From: Myxococcota bacterium
GTDB lineage: Bacteria; Myxococcota_A; SURF-8
Direction of reading: 5' to 3'
NCBI GenBank assembly: GCA_963674735.2
Contig: CAXXQS010000001.1
Location: 1,536,001-1,600,000, forward strand
Length of the DNA: 64,000 nt
Part shown: positions 38,578 to 48,559 of the stretch, piece after piece
Numbering within the stretch: position 1 is the stretch's first letter
Layout: each line of letters starts with the position of its first letter
Notes under the pieces: generated by a model
What the model was told of the DNA's origin: nothing
What the model saw: the letters and a program-made list of their open reading frames with translations, nothing else
The model's database searches: none
Made by a program: the position numbers and the translations under genes

Positions 38578-40929
38578 ATGAGCCCAGGTCGCTGCATCGT
38601 GGTTTTTACATGGAGCCTTCTGGTTTTTCTTTTGTTCACGCAAGAGAAAGCTTATGCGGAAGCTGTCATTCGTTTATCGGATACCGATACGAACGGGTTA
38701 CTTGTTTCCGATGTGGATTTCCTGCTCGATCCGGACAAAGCGCTCACCATCGCCGACGTCGTAACCTCGGCAGGTTCGTCTCGTTTTATTTCAACGGCTC
38801 CGATGTCGCCGAATCTCGGATTTCAACGCGGCAACACCTGGCTGCGCATGACGTTTGAAAATCAGTCGAAACAAAAGAAATGGGTATTTGGGTTGTCCAA
38901 CCCAAGTCTTGAACAGGTGGACTTTTTTACCCCCACACCCGACGGCCACTATCACGGCTTGATGAGCGGACTGTCTGTGCCGCTATCAAAGCGCCCGATG
39001 CACACGCGCGACCATTCCTTCCCTCTCACTCTCGACACCGGCGAGATAAAAACCGTTTACCTGCGCGTCTCGTCCTCCACCAGCCTGATCCTCGCGCCCT
39101 GGATCATGCCGCGCCCGTACTTCCGCGATTGGGAAAAAGGCATCATCGCCCTGCTGGCCATCATCGCGGGACTTCTCCTGGCGGTTGCGCTTTCCAATTT
39201 CATCTGGCTTTTGACTTTTCGGCAAGCGGGTTACATCCTGTTTGTGCTGTTCGATCTTTCGGTGGGCTTTTTCCTTGCCGCGAATTTCGGTTTGGCTCAT
39301 CTCTATCTTTGGCCGGAGTACCCGGCTCTCGCCATCGCGTCCTCTCCCTTTTTCGCTTCGATGGCTCTGTTAAGCGGAACCCTTTTCGCGCGTTCCTACA
39401 TCGACACCAAATCGCTTTTCCCCCGACTCGACCGTCTGTTTCCTCCTCTGGCCGCCCTATCCGGTTTTCTTGTTTTCTGGTCTCTCTTCCATCCGCCTAG
39501 CGCCAATATCCTTATCTCCGTTATCTCTCTTCTCATTATGACCGCCTCCATGGTTGGGTGCTATTTGCGCTTGCGCATGCCTCACGAAAAACGACGGATA
39601 TTTTGGGCCCTGATGTTGATCGGACTTTTGGGCGGACTATTGTTTGTCCTGATGACCTTCGGCCTGATTCCACTTAGTCCCATCACCCTAACCGTCGGAC
39701 CGCTCGGGTTTCTCCTGGCCACCCTCTTTCTGGTTTTTACCGTCGGCCATCGCTACATTTTCTATCAACGTCACTACTCGCAACTTTTCAACAGCGCCAA
39801 CGAAGCGATTTTCCTGCTCGACAGCCAGCTAGACGAGATTCTGGACGCAAACAAACAAGCCACCGATATGCTGGGTTATTCACATACGCAAATAATGCAA
39901 ACGGGCTTTCCGGATCTCGTCGATCAAGAAGACCCGAGCTGGCAGCGCTTCTACAAGCGGCGTCTGACAAATTCCTTTTGCGACGCTCAGCCGATCTTCC
40001 ATTCCTTCATATTCAAGACCCGAAAGGGTGCTTCATTTTTGGGTGAAGTCACGCTTCGCCGTCTCGGCAAGGATAGCCAATCGCCTCATCTGGTTGCCGT
40101 GCGGGACGTCACCGCCATGCGGGAGGCCGAAGACCGTCTGCGCCAGCAGCAGAAACTCGAATCCATCGGCACCCTGGCCAGCGGCGTCGCACACGAAATC
40201 AACAATCCGATCAACATCATCATGAATTACGGGCAACTCATTCTGGATACAAGCGAACCTAACTCCAACTCTTACGAATACGCTAATGAAGTGGTGAATG
40301 AATGCCACCGGGTGGCCAATATCGTGAAAAATCTACTGGCCTTTTCGAAGCCGGAGTATGAGGGCAGCCTGTCTCTGATCGATATGCGCGAGGTGGTGAC
40401 CAACACGCTGACCTTGATGCAGCGGTTGCTTAAAAAGGATCAGATCCTGATCAAGATCGAATGGCCCGCCGACCTGCCACGTGTGATGGGAAACGTTCAG
40501 CAGCTCAAGCAGGTGATCATGAATCTGCTCACCAATTCCCGCGATAGTCTCAATAGCCGTTACGCGAAATACGATCCCAACAAGCAGATCCGCATCTCAG
40601 CCGGTCTGCTCGACACCCAAGAACGGCCCGTTCTCAGATTGACGATCGAAGATTTCGGAATCGGCATCCCTCAACAGATGCAAAAGCGCGTTTTCGATCC
40701 GTTCTTTTCGACGAAAACTCCCAATCTGGGTACGGGGCTCGGCCTATCCATCAGCCATGGCATCATCACCGACCACGGAGGCGAGTTGCTGGTCGAAAGC
40801 GTGGCGGACCGATTCACACGATTCCATATTCAACTTCCGATCCCGATCGCCCACGATCAAGTCAGCGCCTTCGCTTCCGTTACGGCGGATGCCGATATGC
40901 AGCCGTCCCCGGCGCACGAAAGCGCCTGA
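38578..40929 (+). CDS. 7TM-DISM (7TMR-DISMED2 + 7TM) PAS sensor histidine kinase
   Basis: Signal peptide, NLGFQ...WLR periplasmic domain, 7 TM, PAS, GVAHEINNP H-box, FDPFFSTK, GTGLGLSIS. Confidence 0.92.
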   Translation: MSPGRCIVVFTWSLLVFLLFTQEKAYAEAVIRLSDTDTNGLLVSDVDFLLDPDKALTIADVVTSAGSSRFISTAPMSPNLGFQRGNTWLRMTFENQSKQKKWVFGLSNPSLEQVDFFTPTPDGHYHGLMSGLSVPLSKRPMHTRDHSFPLTLDTGEIKTVYLRVSSSTSLILAPWIMPRPYFRDWEKGIIALLAIIAGLLLAVALSNFIWLLTFRQAGYILFVLFDLSVGFFLAANFGLAHLYLWPEYPALAIASSPFFASMALLSGTLFARSYIDTKSLFPRLDRLFPPLAALSGFLVFWSLFHPPSANILISVISLLIMTASMVGCYLRLRMPHEKRRIFWALMLIGLLGGLLFVLMTFGLIPLSPITLTVGPLGFLLATLFLVFTVGHRYIFYQRHYSQLFNSANEAIFLLDSQLDEILDANKQATDMLGYSHTQIMQTGFPDLVDQEDPSWQRFYKRRLTNSFCDAQPIFHSFIFKTRKGASFLGEVTLRRLGKDSQSPHLVAVRDVTAMREAEDRLRQQQKLESIGTLASGVAHEINNPINIIMNYGQLILDTSEPNSNSYEYANEVVNECHRVANIVKNLLAFSKPEYEGSLSLIDMREVVTNTLTLMQRLLKKDQILIKIEWPADLPRVMGNVQQLKQVIMNLLTNSRDSLNSRYAKYDPNKQIRISAGLLDTQERPVLRLTIEDFGIGIPQQMQKRVFDPFFSTKTPNLGTGLGLSISHGIITDHGGELLVESVADRFTRFHIQLPIPIAHDQVSAFASVTADADMQPSPAHESA

Positions 40930-40937
40930 TTTCATTT

Positions 40938-42266
40938 TTATCGAGAAGATCGGCCGGTAGGAAAGAGCATTTCGCGGCGTCCCAGCGCATTGATCATGCG
41001 TTCCACAATCCCCAGTGTGCCCCGATAACCGTAACTGGGATGCGGCAGCAAGCGGTGCGTATAGATGGAGGCATATCCCCATTCGACGGCGGCGACCCCC
41101 AACCGCAAGGATTCGGACGCGATGGCGCTGTCGCCGAAACACAGATCCACACAACCCGGACCCGTCTGCTTTTCCACCACCCGGCGCAAGTGATCGAGGG
41201 TGGGATCGTGGATCAGCGGGCAGGCATACTCGTTGGCCCAGTCCCACTCGCCATGAATATCTTTCACGTTGCTGTACAGGCCTTCGATGCGAGCACCGAA
41301 GAAACGAAGCAGACCGGCCAGGGCTTCGAGTTCGTGGGGATCGGCCACCAGCATGACCCCGAGATCGACCAGCCAATGGGGCACGATCCATTTGAGCGGC
41401 GCCAGCATCTCGCGTTCACCTTGGCGGATGGCGGCCTGCGCCTGCGCCTCGCGCTTGGTGTGCGCAGCCAGCCGTTTCAGAAACGCGGCGGTCGGATCGG
41501 GACCGATGGGCAGTGGCAAATCGAGACAATCACGATTCAGCCGTCTGGCCAGCACCTTCGCCGCTTTGCGTCCATAAGGCAGCGACACGATCGTTTCGGC
41601 CCTTGCGACCCGCCCCAGTTCGTCCACCGATTCACCGGACGGCCAGACACTCGTCACCTGCAAACCCAGCGACTCGACCAGGGAGCGAAGCTCTGAAACA
41701 TTGGCGCGATCATCCGCTTCGTTGCGGGTGAAAAGCGGTCCGACGATGGCCACACTGTCGGGCTGCGGCTCGCACGTATCCAACGGCAAGCTTTTAGCCA
41801 GGGCCAGCAACGTTTCGCCATAACCGGCCAGCCAATCGCTGTAGAGATCGCGCGCACGCACCTCGATCAGGGGCACCGCCACCTGCTCGGCCAACTCGTC
41901 GAGAATCGCGCCGAGATCTCGTCCGGTAACCGTCACCAGCGACATGGCCGTCGCCAAAACGAGGCGGGTTCCGGGGCTTTCAGCCGCCGCCAGCAAGGTC
42001 TGGCGCAGAACACCTTCCTTCCCGGCCGCCAACTCGCTGAGATTCTGGTCGCTGTGAAAAACACGCCGCCGGTCGCTGTCGATCAGGGTCGACTGCCAAT
42101 CGTGATTGCCCTGCACGCGATCGACTTTGCCCGCCACGCAACTGGGGGCATCGACCACCAGCGCGGCATCGGGAATGGCATTGAGTGCCAGGTATACGCC
42201 GTCGAGATAGGGCTTGGCGATATGCGGAGCAAGATCCGGTTGAGCTGTGGAACGCAAACCCATCAT
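40938..42266 (-). CDS. Nitrogenase component-1-like oxidoreductase subunit (beta/BchZ-like)
   Basis: VDAPSC, TGRDL, DWLAGY..TL, ELRSLVESLGL, LPIG..T..FL, GYRGTL..VERMINAL. Confidence 0.82.
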   Translation of the reverse strand: MMGLRSTAQPDLAPHIAKPYLDGVYLALNAIPDAALVVDAPSCVAGKVDRVQGNHDWQSTLIDSDRRRVFHSDQNLSELAAGKEGVLRQTLLAAAESPGTRLVLATAMSLVTVTGRDLGAILDELAEQVAVPLIEVRARDLYSDWLAGYGETLLALAKSLPLDTCEPQPDSVAIVGPLFTRNEADDRANVSELRSLVESLGLQVTSVWPSGESVDELGRVARAETIVSLPYGRKAAKVLARRLNRDCLDLPLPIGPDPTAAFLKRLAAHTKREAQAQAAIRQGEREMLAPLKWIVPHWLVDLGVMLVADPHELEALAGLLRFFGARIEGLYSNVKDIHGEWDWANEYACPLIHDPTLDHLRRVVEKQTGPGCVDLCFGDSAIASESLRLGVAAVEWGYASIYTHRLLPHPSYGYRGTLGIVERMINALGRREMLFPTGRSSR

Positions 42267-44407
42267 TTCGCTCCCTGTAAAGCATCCCGCAATCGAGCGG
42301 GGAAATCGTAGCGCGCCAGACGGATAAAGCGCCGCACTGACCGCAACGCGCCTTCAAAGCCTTTCTCGAAATCGCTCAAACCGATTCCGGCGCGACCCGC
42401 ACGCACCAGCCGTTCGTCGTAGGTGGTTTCACTAAACACCGGTCCCGGTGCTCCTGCGGATAACAAACGCTGCAAGTCCTCCGGCGTTTCGAACAACGCC
42501 GTTTCGAAACGTTCATGCGGAATACCCGCATCTTCCAGAATTTCAACCATCCGCCGCTTCAGACGATCCGCCGTAACGGTCAGGTCCGCAGACCGATAAA
42601 TCAGCACGCGGCAACCGATGCCGAACTCATGCAAGAAGGGCAAAGGCGACCAACCGAAGTTTCGTTCGGGTTGCCACAGACGCGAAACCTGTCCCAGATC
42701 GCACACGACATGCAAGGCGGTTCCCGCGGTTTCGGCCCGTAGGGCGTCCCGCCGTCGCTCCCAATCGCTGCGGCGTTCGTCCCAGACCCGTTCCCAGCCT
42801 TGGCTCAGGCCGAATGTTTCCGCCAGTTGCGCACACCAGGCGGCGCTGTTTTCGATACCGAACGGGGCCCCGATTTCGACGACCGGGATACCACTCGGAC
42901 GAAAAACCCCGTCATACAAGCGTCTCCAGCCTTTGTAGGAAAGCAGCACCTGTTTCCAGGCGGCACTGTAACCGCGCAGCTGTTTGAGATCCATGCGCGG
43001 CAACAGGTTGGCGCTCACTCGCACCCCCACAACGGCCAGCAGTTCGGCCAGCTCATCCAGATCCTGTCCGGGCGCATAACCGATCAACGCCAACGACGGA
43101 TCCTGCGACGGCGCGAGCGGTGGGCGGTAGGTCATCAGTTCGCTGAATTGCCGCGCAATCGCGTCTTCATGCGCATCGAAAGCGGCCTGAGGATAGGGAT
43201 TGATAAATGCCACCGAGCGTTTTTCGAGAAGGCGTGTTTTGACGGCACGGCTATCCTGCCCCAGCAATTTTGGGATGCAGGTCGGCAAAAAGAAGACCAG
43301 CCGATCCGGTTCGCCGCTTTCCACGCAGCGTTCCAACAGACCCGCCAGCCGCGCCTCGCCGCCGTCGTGAATCACATCCGCATCGCTGAGCTCCGTGGAC
43401 AGTATCCGTTGTTCCCGTCCCGCAGCCAGCCGCCAGGGAGGGCGAATCTGCCACGCCAGACGCCCACGCGCCATGGGACGCATGGCAATGCAGTTGCGGT
43501 CGCTGTGGCTGACGAAATCGATCTTGTCCGTGGCCTGACTGCACGCCGTACTGACGGCATATTCGTATTCATCCTCGGCCATGAACTGCCGCCAGGCGAT
43601 GTCGGGCGAAGCCTCCAGAGCCGACGGCAGCGGCGCATCCCCTTGCTGCAGAAGATCGATCCAGTCCTCGCGTGAGTCTTCCTCCGGCTCGTCAAGCTGC
43701 AACGCCTCGGGATGGACCCGCCGCGAGAGGGCGAAAGCCACCGCGCGTTCCACCTGATGCGCGTATCCGTTGCGCTGCACATCCGTGCGCTCGTCGCGCG
43801 TGCACCGCAAAATCAGCGCCCCGCGTTCGATGAGGTCTTCCTCCGAATCCGCATTTTCACGATCGTTTCGCGTTGCCGACCGATCGCGCAGTTCCAGATC
43901 GATACGCCGCCCTTCCCGCTCGAAGCGTAGATGCAAGGCGGTTCGTTGCGATTCCGCAAGCGTCACGCGCCATTCAAACCACCCCGCCTGCCCGGCCGCC
44001 AACCACCCCACAGCCAGGTCGTGAAAGCAAGCGGACGCCGTAAAAGAAGGGGCGTCCGGTCCCGGCGGCGCATAGTCGGCAAACGTTTCGCTCGCCACGG
44101 CCCGCGCCAGCGTTTGCACAAGCGCTTTGCCTACGGCATGCTCCAGCCCTTTGCAGGTCAATTCGACGATGGCGAAATCCGACTCCTCGACCTTGGCCTG
44201 CGTGGAACGACGATTGGTCCATAAATACGCGACGTTTCCTTCTTCGCTCGCAAATTCGAACCGCACCGTACCATCCAACTCGGCCCGCGCCCGTCCCCGC
44301 CATGTTTTTTGTGCGCTCGCAGACAGCCATTTGGCCGCCGCCAGCACCAGGCGTTCCAGCCCCAGATCGATACGCGATCGCGGGTTGGGGGGTAACGCGT
44401 CACTCAT
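42263..44407 (-). CDS. Nitrogenase component-1-like subunit (alpha/BchY-like) with long unknown N-terminal extension
   Basis: HSDRNC, TELSDADVIHDG, LPTCIPKLLGQD, ELAELL..VG, APFGIENS..W, GFEGA. Overlaps both neighbours. Confidence 0.72.
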   Translation of the reverse strand: MSDALPPNPRSRIDLGLERLVLAAAKWLSASAQKTWRGRARAELDGTVRFEFASEEGNVAYLWTNRRSTQAKVEESDFAIVELTCKGLEHAVGKALVQTLARAVASETFADYAPPGPDAPSFTASACFHDLAVGWLAAGQAGWFEWRVTLAESQRTALHLRFEREGRRIDLELRDRSATRNDRENADSEEDLIERGALILRCTRDERTDVQRNGYAHQVERAVAFALSRRVHPEALQLDEPEEDSREDWIDLLQQGDAPLPSALEASPDIAWRQFMAEDEYEYAVSTACSQATDKIDFVSHSDRNCIAMRPMARGRLAWQIRPPWRLAAGREQRILSTELSDADVIHDGGEARLAGLLERCVESGEPDRLVFFLPTCIPKLLGQDSRAVKTRLLEKRSVAFINPYPQAAFDAHEDAIARQFSELMTYRPPLAPSQDPSLALIGYAPGQDLDELAELLAVVGVRVSANLLPRMDLKQLRGYSAAWKQVLLSYKGWRRLYDGVFRPSGIPVVEIGAPFGIENSAAWCAQLAETFGLSQGWERVWDERRSDWERRRDALRAETAGTALHVVCDLGQVSRLWQPERNFGWSPLPFLHEFGIGCRVLIYRSADLTVTADRLKRRMVEILEDAGIPHERFETALFETPEDLQRLLSAGAPGPVFSETTYDERLVRAGRAGIGLSDFEKGFEGALRSVRRFIRLARYDFPARLRDALQGAK

Positions 44408-45233
44408 CTTGAGCCCCTGTATCGGGGGTACGCGCAAAGGCGTAAAATTCTTTCTCATCCAGAGGAGTGGGAATCACGGCATCGACAAGCGGCAGACCCT
44501 CCACCCGCTCGGCAATCGCGCTCAAGATGCCTGCCACCTCGCTATCGGGAGCCTGTTCGACCACCGTTCGTCCGGCCAGCTCGGCTTTGCGAATCCGCGC
44601 ATCGCGCGGCACCACACCGACAATCGGCGCCCCGATCCGACGCGCAAACTCTTCAAGCTTGTCCAGCGGTTCGTTATTGTCGCGTCGGTTGACCAGCAGC
44701 CCGCCCAGGCGTGAACCGTTACGGGCCAGCCGCACGATCATGCGCGCCACGTTGTTGGCGGCGTAAAGCGACATCATCTCTTCACTGGTCACGATAAACA
44801 CCAATTCGGCGAAACCCTGACGCAGGGGGCCAGCGAAACCGCCGCACACCACATCGCCCAAGACATCGAAAACGGTCAGATCGTAGCCACGCTCCATGAC
44901 CTCGAAGTCGTCGAAGATATCCAGCATCCGGGCAATGCCGCGTCCGCCGCAGCCGATCCCCGGCTCCGGTCCGCCCGCTTCCACCAGGTCGATGCCGTTA
45001 CGCCCGGTGACCAGAATCTCTTCCAGCTTCGACACGCGGTCGTCGTTGCGCAGCAGAACTTCGACCACCGGAACGGGCGGATGACCATCGGCCAGCGTGT
45101 AGGTGGAGTCATGTTTGGGGTCGCACCCGACATGCAACACCCGTCGTCCCTTTAGGGCCGCACACATGCTCACCGCCGCCGCCAGGGTCGATTTGCCGAT
45201 TCCGCCTTTTCCATAGAGGGCGATTCGTTTCAT
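44400..45233 (-). CDS. NifH/BchL/CfbC family iron protein (nitrogenase reductase-like)
   Basis: YGKGGIGKST, GCDPKHDST, EAGGPEPGIGCGGRG, DVLGDVVCGGFA, EMMSLYAANN. Both 4Fe-4S Cys ligands are present. Confidence 0.95.
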   Translation of the reverse strand: MKRIALYGKGGIGKSTLAAAVSMCAALKGRRVLHVGCDPKHDSTYTLADGHPPVPVVEVLLRNDDRVSKLEEILVTGRNGIDLVEAGGPEPGIGCGGRGIARMLDIFDDFEVMERGYDLTVFDVLGDVVCGGFAGPLRQGFAELVFIVTSEEMMSLYAANNVARMIVRLARNGSRLGGLLVNRRDNNEPLDKLEEFARRIGAPIVGVVPRDARIRKAELAGRTVVEQAPDSEVAGILSAIAERVEGLPLVDAVIPTPLDEKEFYAFARTPDTGAQDE

Positions 45234-45598
45234 GCCGCACTCAGTCTCCGTTGAAGGTCCGAAAAATGCTACCGCATTATAGCCGAAGCGCCGGTCATAG
45301 CGAAAGGCATTTGACCTGTCGTTCATCATTTCGCCTTGCCGGACAGAAACTCAGCACAATTGATTTCCTTGCTAGTCCCGTGATTTTCTGACATGATTAA
45401 AAAATGGGAGTTTCGATCAGTTATAAGGGAGGCACCCCTCCCCATCCTTCGTGGAAAAACCGCCCTTTTTCACAATGGGCGAGGTTGCGGTCAAGCCCTT
45501 TTTCACCCGGTGACTTCTACGACGGCCGAGAGGTGGGTTGACAAGTGCCGATGATTCTTTGTTTTCATCGGTCGAAGTTTTTAGAATGGGGTGGTGTC

Positions 45599-48541
45599 AT
45601 GGCACGAAATCAAACTCCGATCAAAGATGAACTCGCCGTCTTAAAACAGATTTGCGATGTTTCGCCGTGTTCGATCATGATCTTTCAAGATGAACGATAT
45701 ATTTTTGCCAACCCGACGGGAGCCCAAAGGCTTGGTTACGCATCCCCTGAAGAGATTGTCGGACTTAGCATCTGGGACACAATCCATCCATCCCAACACA
45801 AACTCATACGCGAACGCAAACAGATTCTGGATCGCGGTCAACGCAATCAGGTTATCCCGCTTTCAATCATTCAACCGGACGGCACCAACATCATCGTCGA
45901 ATCGACCTCCGTCGCGATCGTCGTCAACGATCGGCCCGCCGTTCTGGTGACGGGACTCTACTCCAAAGAACGCGAGGTTATCCTTTCGAATCTCAAGCAG
46001 GAAAAAGAACGCTCGCAGCGGTTTCTCGATTTTCTCGGAACGATTTTCATCGTGCTCAATACCGAACTTGAAGTCGAGTTCATCAACCGCGAAGGCCTGA
46101 GAGTGCTCGGTTGTAATCGGCAGGAAACAATCGGAAAGGTGTGGAATACGTTAGCCATACCCGCCGATCACCAAGAAATGATGCACGCGCGCTTGACAGA
46201 GATTCTCCCGCAACAGAAGCTTGAATTCCAATCTCCGATCGTCACTTGCTCGGGAGAAATCAGGCACGTTAGCTGGCATGCCACCTATCTCGACGCAAAT
46301 ACCGAGCATGCTGCCGCGATCCTTCTTAGCGGCGACGATATCACCGACAAGCTCATTACGGAGAATGCGCTACGCCAAAAAACTCAGTTACTCGACCGCA
46401 TGCTGGATGGCATGCCGGACATGGTTTCCATTCACGATGCCGATTACAACATTCTGTACAGCAACTGGAAAGGCTATGCCGATATTCCCAAAGAGAGCCG
46501 CCATCTCGGCAAGCCATGCCACAGCACCTATCGCGGTTTTCCCGAGCCATGCCCGGATTGTCAGGCCAAACTCGTATTCGAAACCAAAACCCCCATACAG
46601 CGTCAAGTACATCTACCCAACGAAAAATGGGTGGAGATTCGCGCGATCCCCATTTTGGATTCGGACAACAATGTCGAACTTGTCGTCGAAATGGTTCGGG
46701 ACATCAGTCAAATCAAAGAAGCCGAACAAGCTCTGTATTTCAGCGAGGAAAAATATCGGAATCTCATCAACACCACGAACACAGGCTTCGTCACGATTTC
46801 CGGGGCCGAAGGACGCGTGCTGGAAGCCAATCAGGTATTCGTCAAAATGACCGGGCATCAAAGCATCGCCGAAATCCTCGGCCGTTCGGTACTCGAGTTT
46901 ACGGCACCCTACGATATCGAACGCAGCCGACAGAAAATCCAGAAATGCTTGAACAGCGGACATATTTACAGCCTGACGGTCGACACATGCTCCCCGGACG
47001 GTCGAATCCTCCCAATCGAGATCAACGCGGGGACGCTGGAAACCTCCAACGGAGTGGTCATTCAGGCCATTATCCACGATATCTCCGAACGAAAAGACTT
47101 GGAAAAAGAACGAAAACGCCTGTTCAATCTCCCCATGGACCTGTTATGTATCACCAACATGAAAGGACATTTCAAGACAATCAATCCGGCCTGGGCGACG
47201 ACGACCGGCTGGTATGAAAACGAACTTATCGGGGCCTCGCTTTTCGACTTTATTCATCCCGATGACATAAAAGATGCAATCGATTCGACCCGCGTGTTCA
47301 AAGAAGGCAAAGCCGTCAGGCAGATGATACTTCGCTTCCGAACCAAAGCGGGCTCGTATATATGGCTTTCCTGGAATGCCGACCCAATACCGTCCGAAGA
47401 TTCCGTTTTTGCCATTGCCCGTGACGTGAGCAAGCAAATCGAAATGGAAGAATCCTTACGAAGTAGCGAAGCGAAGATGAAAAGCATCTTTCGCGCAGCG
47501 CCGATCGGAATCGGCGTCGTTATAAAACGCGTTTTCGTACAAATCAACGAACGATTCTGCGAAATGACCGGTTACTCGGAAAACGAGTTATTGGGTAAAA
47601 GCACTCGCATGGTTTACCGGGATGAGGAGGAATTCCTACGTGTCGGACGGGAAAATCGTCGACAACACCTCATCCAGAATACGGGATCCATCGAAACCCA
47701 ATGGGTTACCAAAACCGGTGACACCATCGATATTTTGTTGAATTCCACCCGTATCGACCCAGCCGATTTTGACAAAGGGATCACGTTTACGGCGCTTGAT
47801 ATCACACAAAAACGCCTTGAAGAAGCGGGCTTACGCCATCAGCAGAAACTCGAAGCGATCGGCACCTTGGCCGGTGGTGTCGCGCATGAAATCAACAATC
47901 CGATCAACATCATCCTGAATTACGGCAACCTGATTCATCTCGACGCCCCGCCGGACAGTCAGATTTCCCAAGATGCCATGGAAATCGTCAACGAAAGCCG
48001 CCGTATCGCCGGTATCGTCAAGAACCTGCTGGCCTTTTCGCGTCAGGACCAGGAAACCCAGTCGTCCGCCTCGATGACGACCATCATCCACGACACCCTG
48101 TCCCTGACGCACAAAATATTGGAAAAGGACCAAATCACCATCGAAACCGATGTTGCCGACGACCTGCCGGTATTCGATTGTCGCCCACAGCAACTGATGC
48201 AGGTGCTGATGAACCTCATCACCAACGCCCGAGATGCGCTAAACGACAAATATCACGCATTTTCACCCGAGAAACGCATCCTGATTTCAGCCACGTTGAT
48301 CGAGCAGGAAGGCAAGAAACAGATCCGCACCACGGTCGAGGATCGCGGCGACGGTATCCCCGACTCGATTCTTGCACGCATCTTCGATCCGTTTTTCACC
48401 AGCAAACAAAAAGATAAAGGAACGGGGCTCGGGCTTTCGGTCAGCCATGGAATCATTAAAGACCACGGCGGACGCCTGCACGTCGAGTCGAAAGTCGACC
48501 ATTACACTCGTTTTCATTTCGATCTGCCGCTTGAAGGATAG
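45599..48541 (+). CDS. Cytoplasmic multi-PAS (about 6 PAS) sensor histidine kinase
   Basis: Repeated PAS/PAC units ending DIT/DIS/DVS; one has C-H/PCPDC. GVAHEINNP, FDPFFTSK, GTGLGLSVS. Confidence 0.92.
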   Translation: MARNQTPIKDELAVLKQICDVSPCSIMIFQDERYIFANPTGAQRLGYASPEEIVGLSIWDTIHPSQHKLIRERKQILDRGQRNQVIPLSIIQPDGTNIIVESTSVAIVVNDRPAVLVTGLYSKEREVILSNLKQEKERSQRFLDFLGTIFIVLNTELEVEFINREGLRVLGCNRQETIGKVWNTLAIPADHQEMMHARLTEILPQQKLEFQSPIVTCSGEIRHVSWHATYLDANTEHAAAILLSGDDITDKLITENALRQKTQLLDRMLDGMPDMVSIHDADYNILYSNWKGYADIPKESRHLGKPCHSTYRGFPEPCPDCQAKLVFETKTPIQRQVHLPNEKWVEIRAIPILDSDNNVELVVEMVRDISQIKEAEQALYFSEEKYRNLINTTNTGFVTISGAEGRVLEANQVFVKMTGHQSIAEILGRSVLEFTAPYDIERSRQKIQKCLNSGHIYSLTVDTCSPDGRILPIEINAGTLETSNGVVIQAIIHDISERKDLEKERKRLFNLPMDLLCITNMKGHFKTINPAWATTTGWYENELIGASLFDFIHPDDIKDAIDSTRVFKEGKAVRQMILRFRTKAGSYIWLSWNADPIPSEDSVFAIARDVSKQIEMEESLRSSEAKMKSIFRAAPIGIGVVIKRVFVQINERFCEMTGYSENELLGKSTRMVYRDEEEFLRVGRENRRQHLIQNTGSIETQWVTKTGDTIDILLNSTRIDPADFDKGITFTALDITQKRLEEAGLRHQQKLEAIGTLAGGVAHEINNPINIILNYGNLIHLDAPPDSQISQDAMEIVNESRRIAGIVKNLLAFSRQDQETQSSASMTTIIHDTLSLTHKILEKDQITIETDVADDLPVFDCRPQQLMQVLMNLITNARDALNDKYHAFSPEKRILISATLIEQEGKKQIRTTVEDRGDGIPDSILARIFDPFFTSKQKDKGTGLGLSVSHGIIKDHGGRLHVESKVDHYTRFHFDLPLEG

Positions 48542-48559
48542 CGCGATTGGCAAACTCGA

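Noticed and set aside
40938-45233. Calling the operon nifHDK (true nitrogen fixation), encouraged by nearby amtB-glnK
   Set aside because: Too few P-cluster Cys, no evident FeMo-co ligands and no nifENB in the window; amtB-glnK is 14 kb away and widespread.
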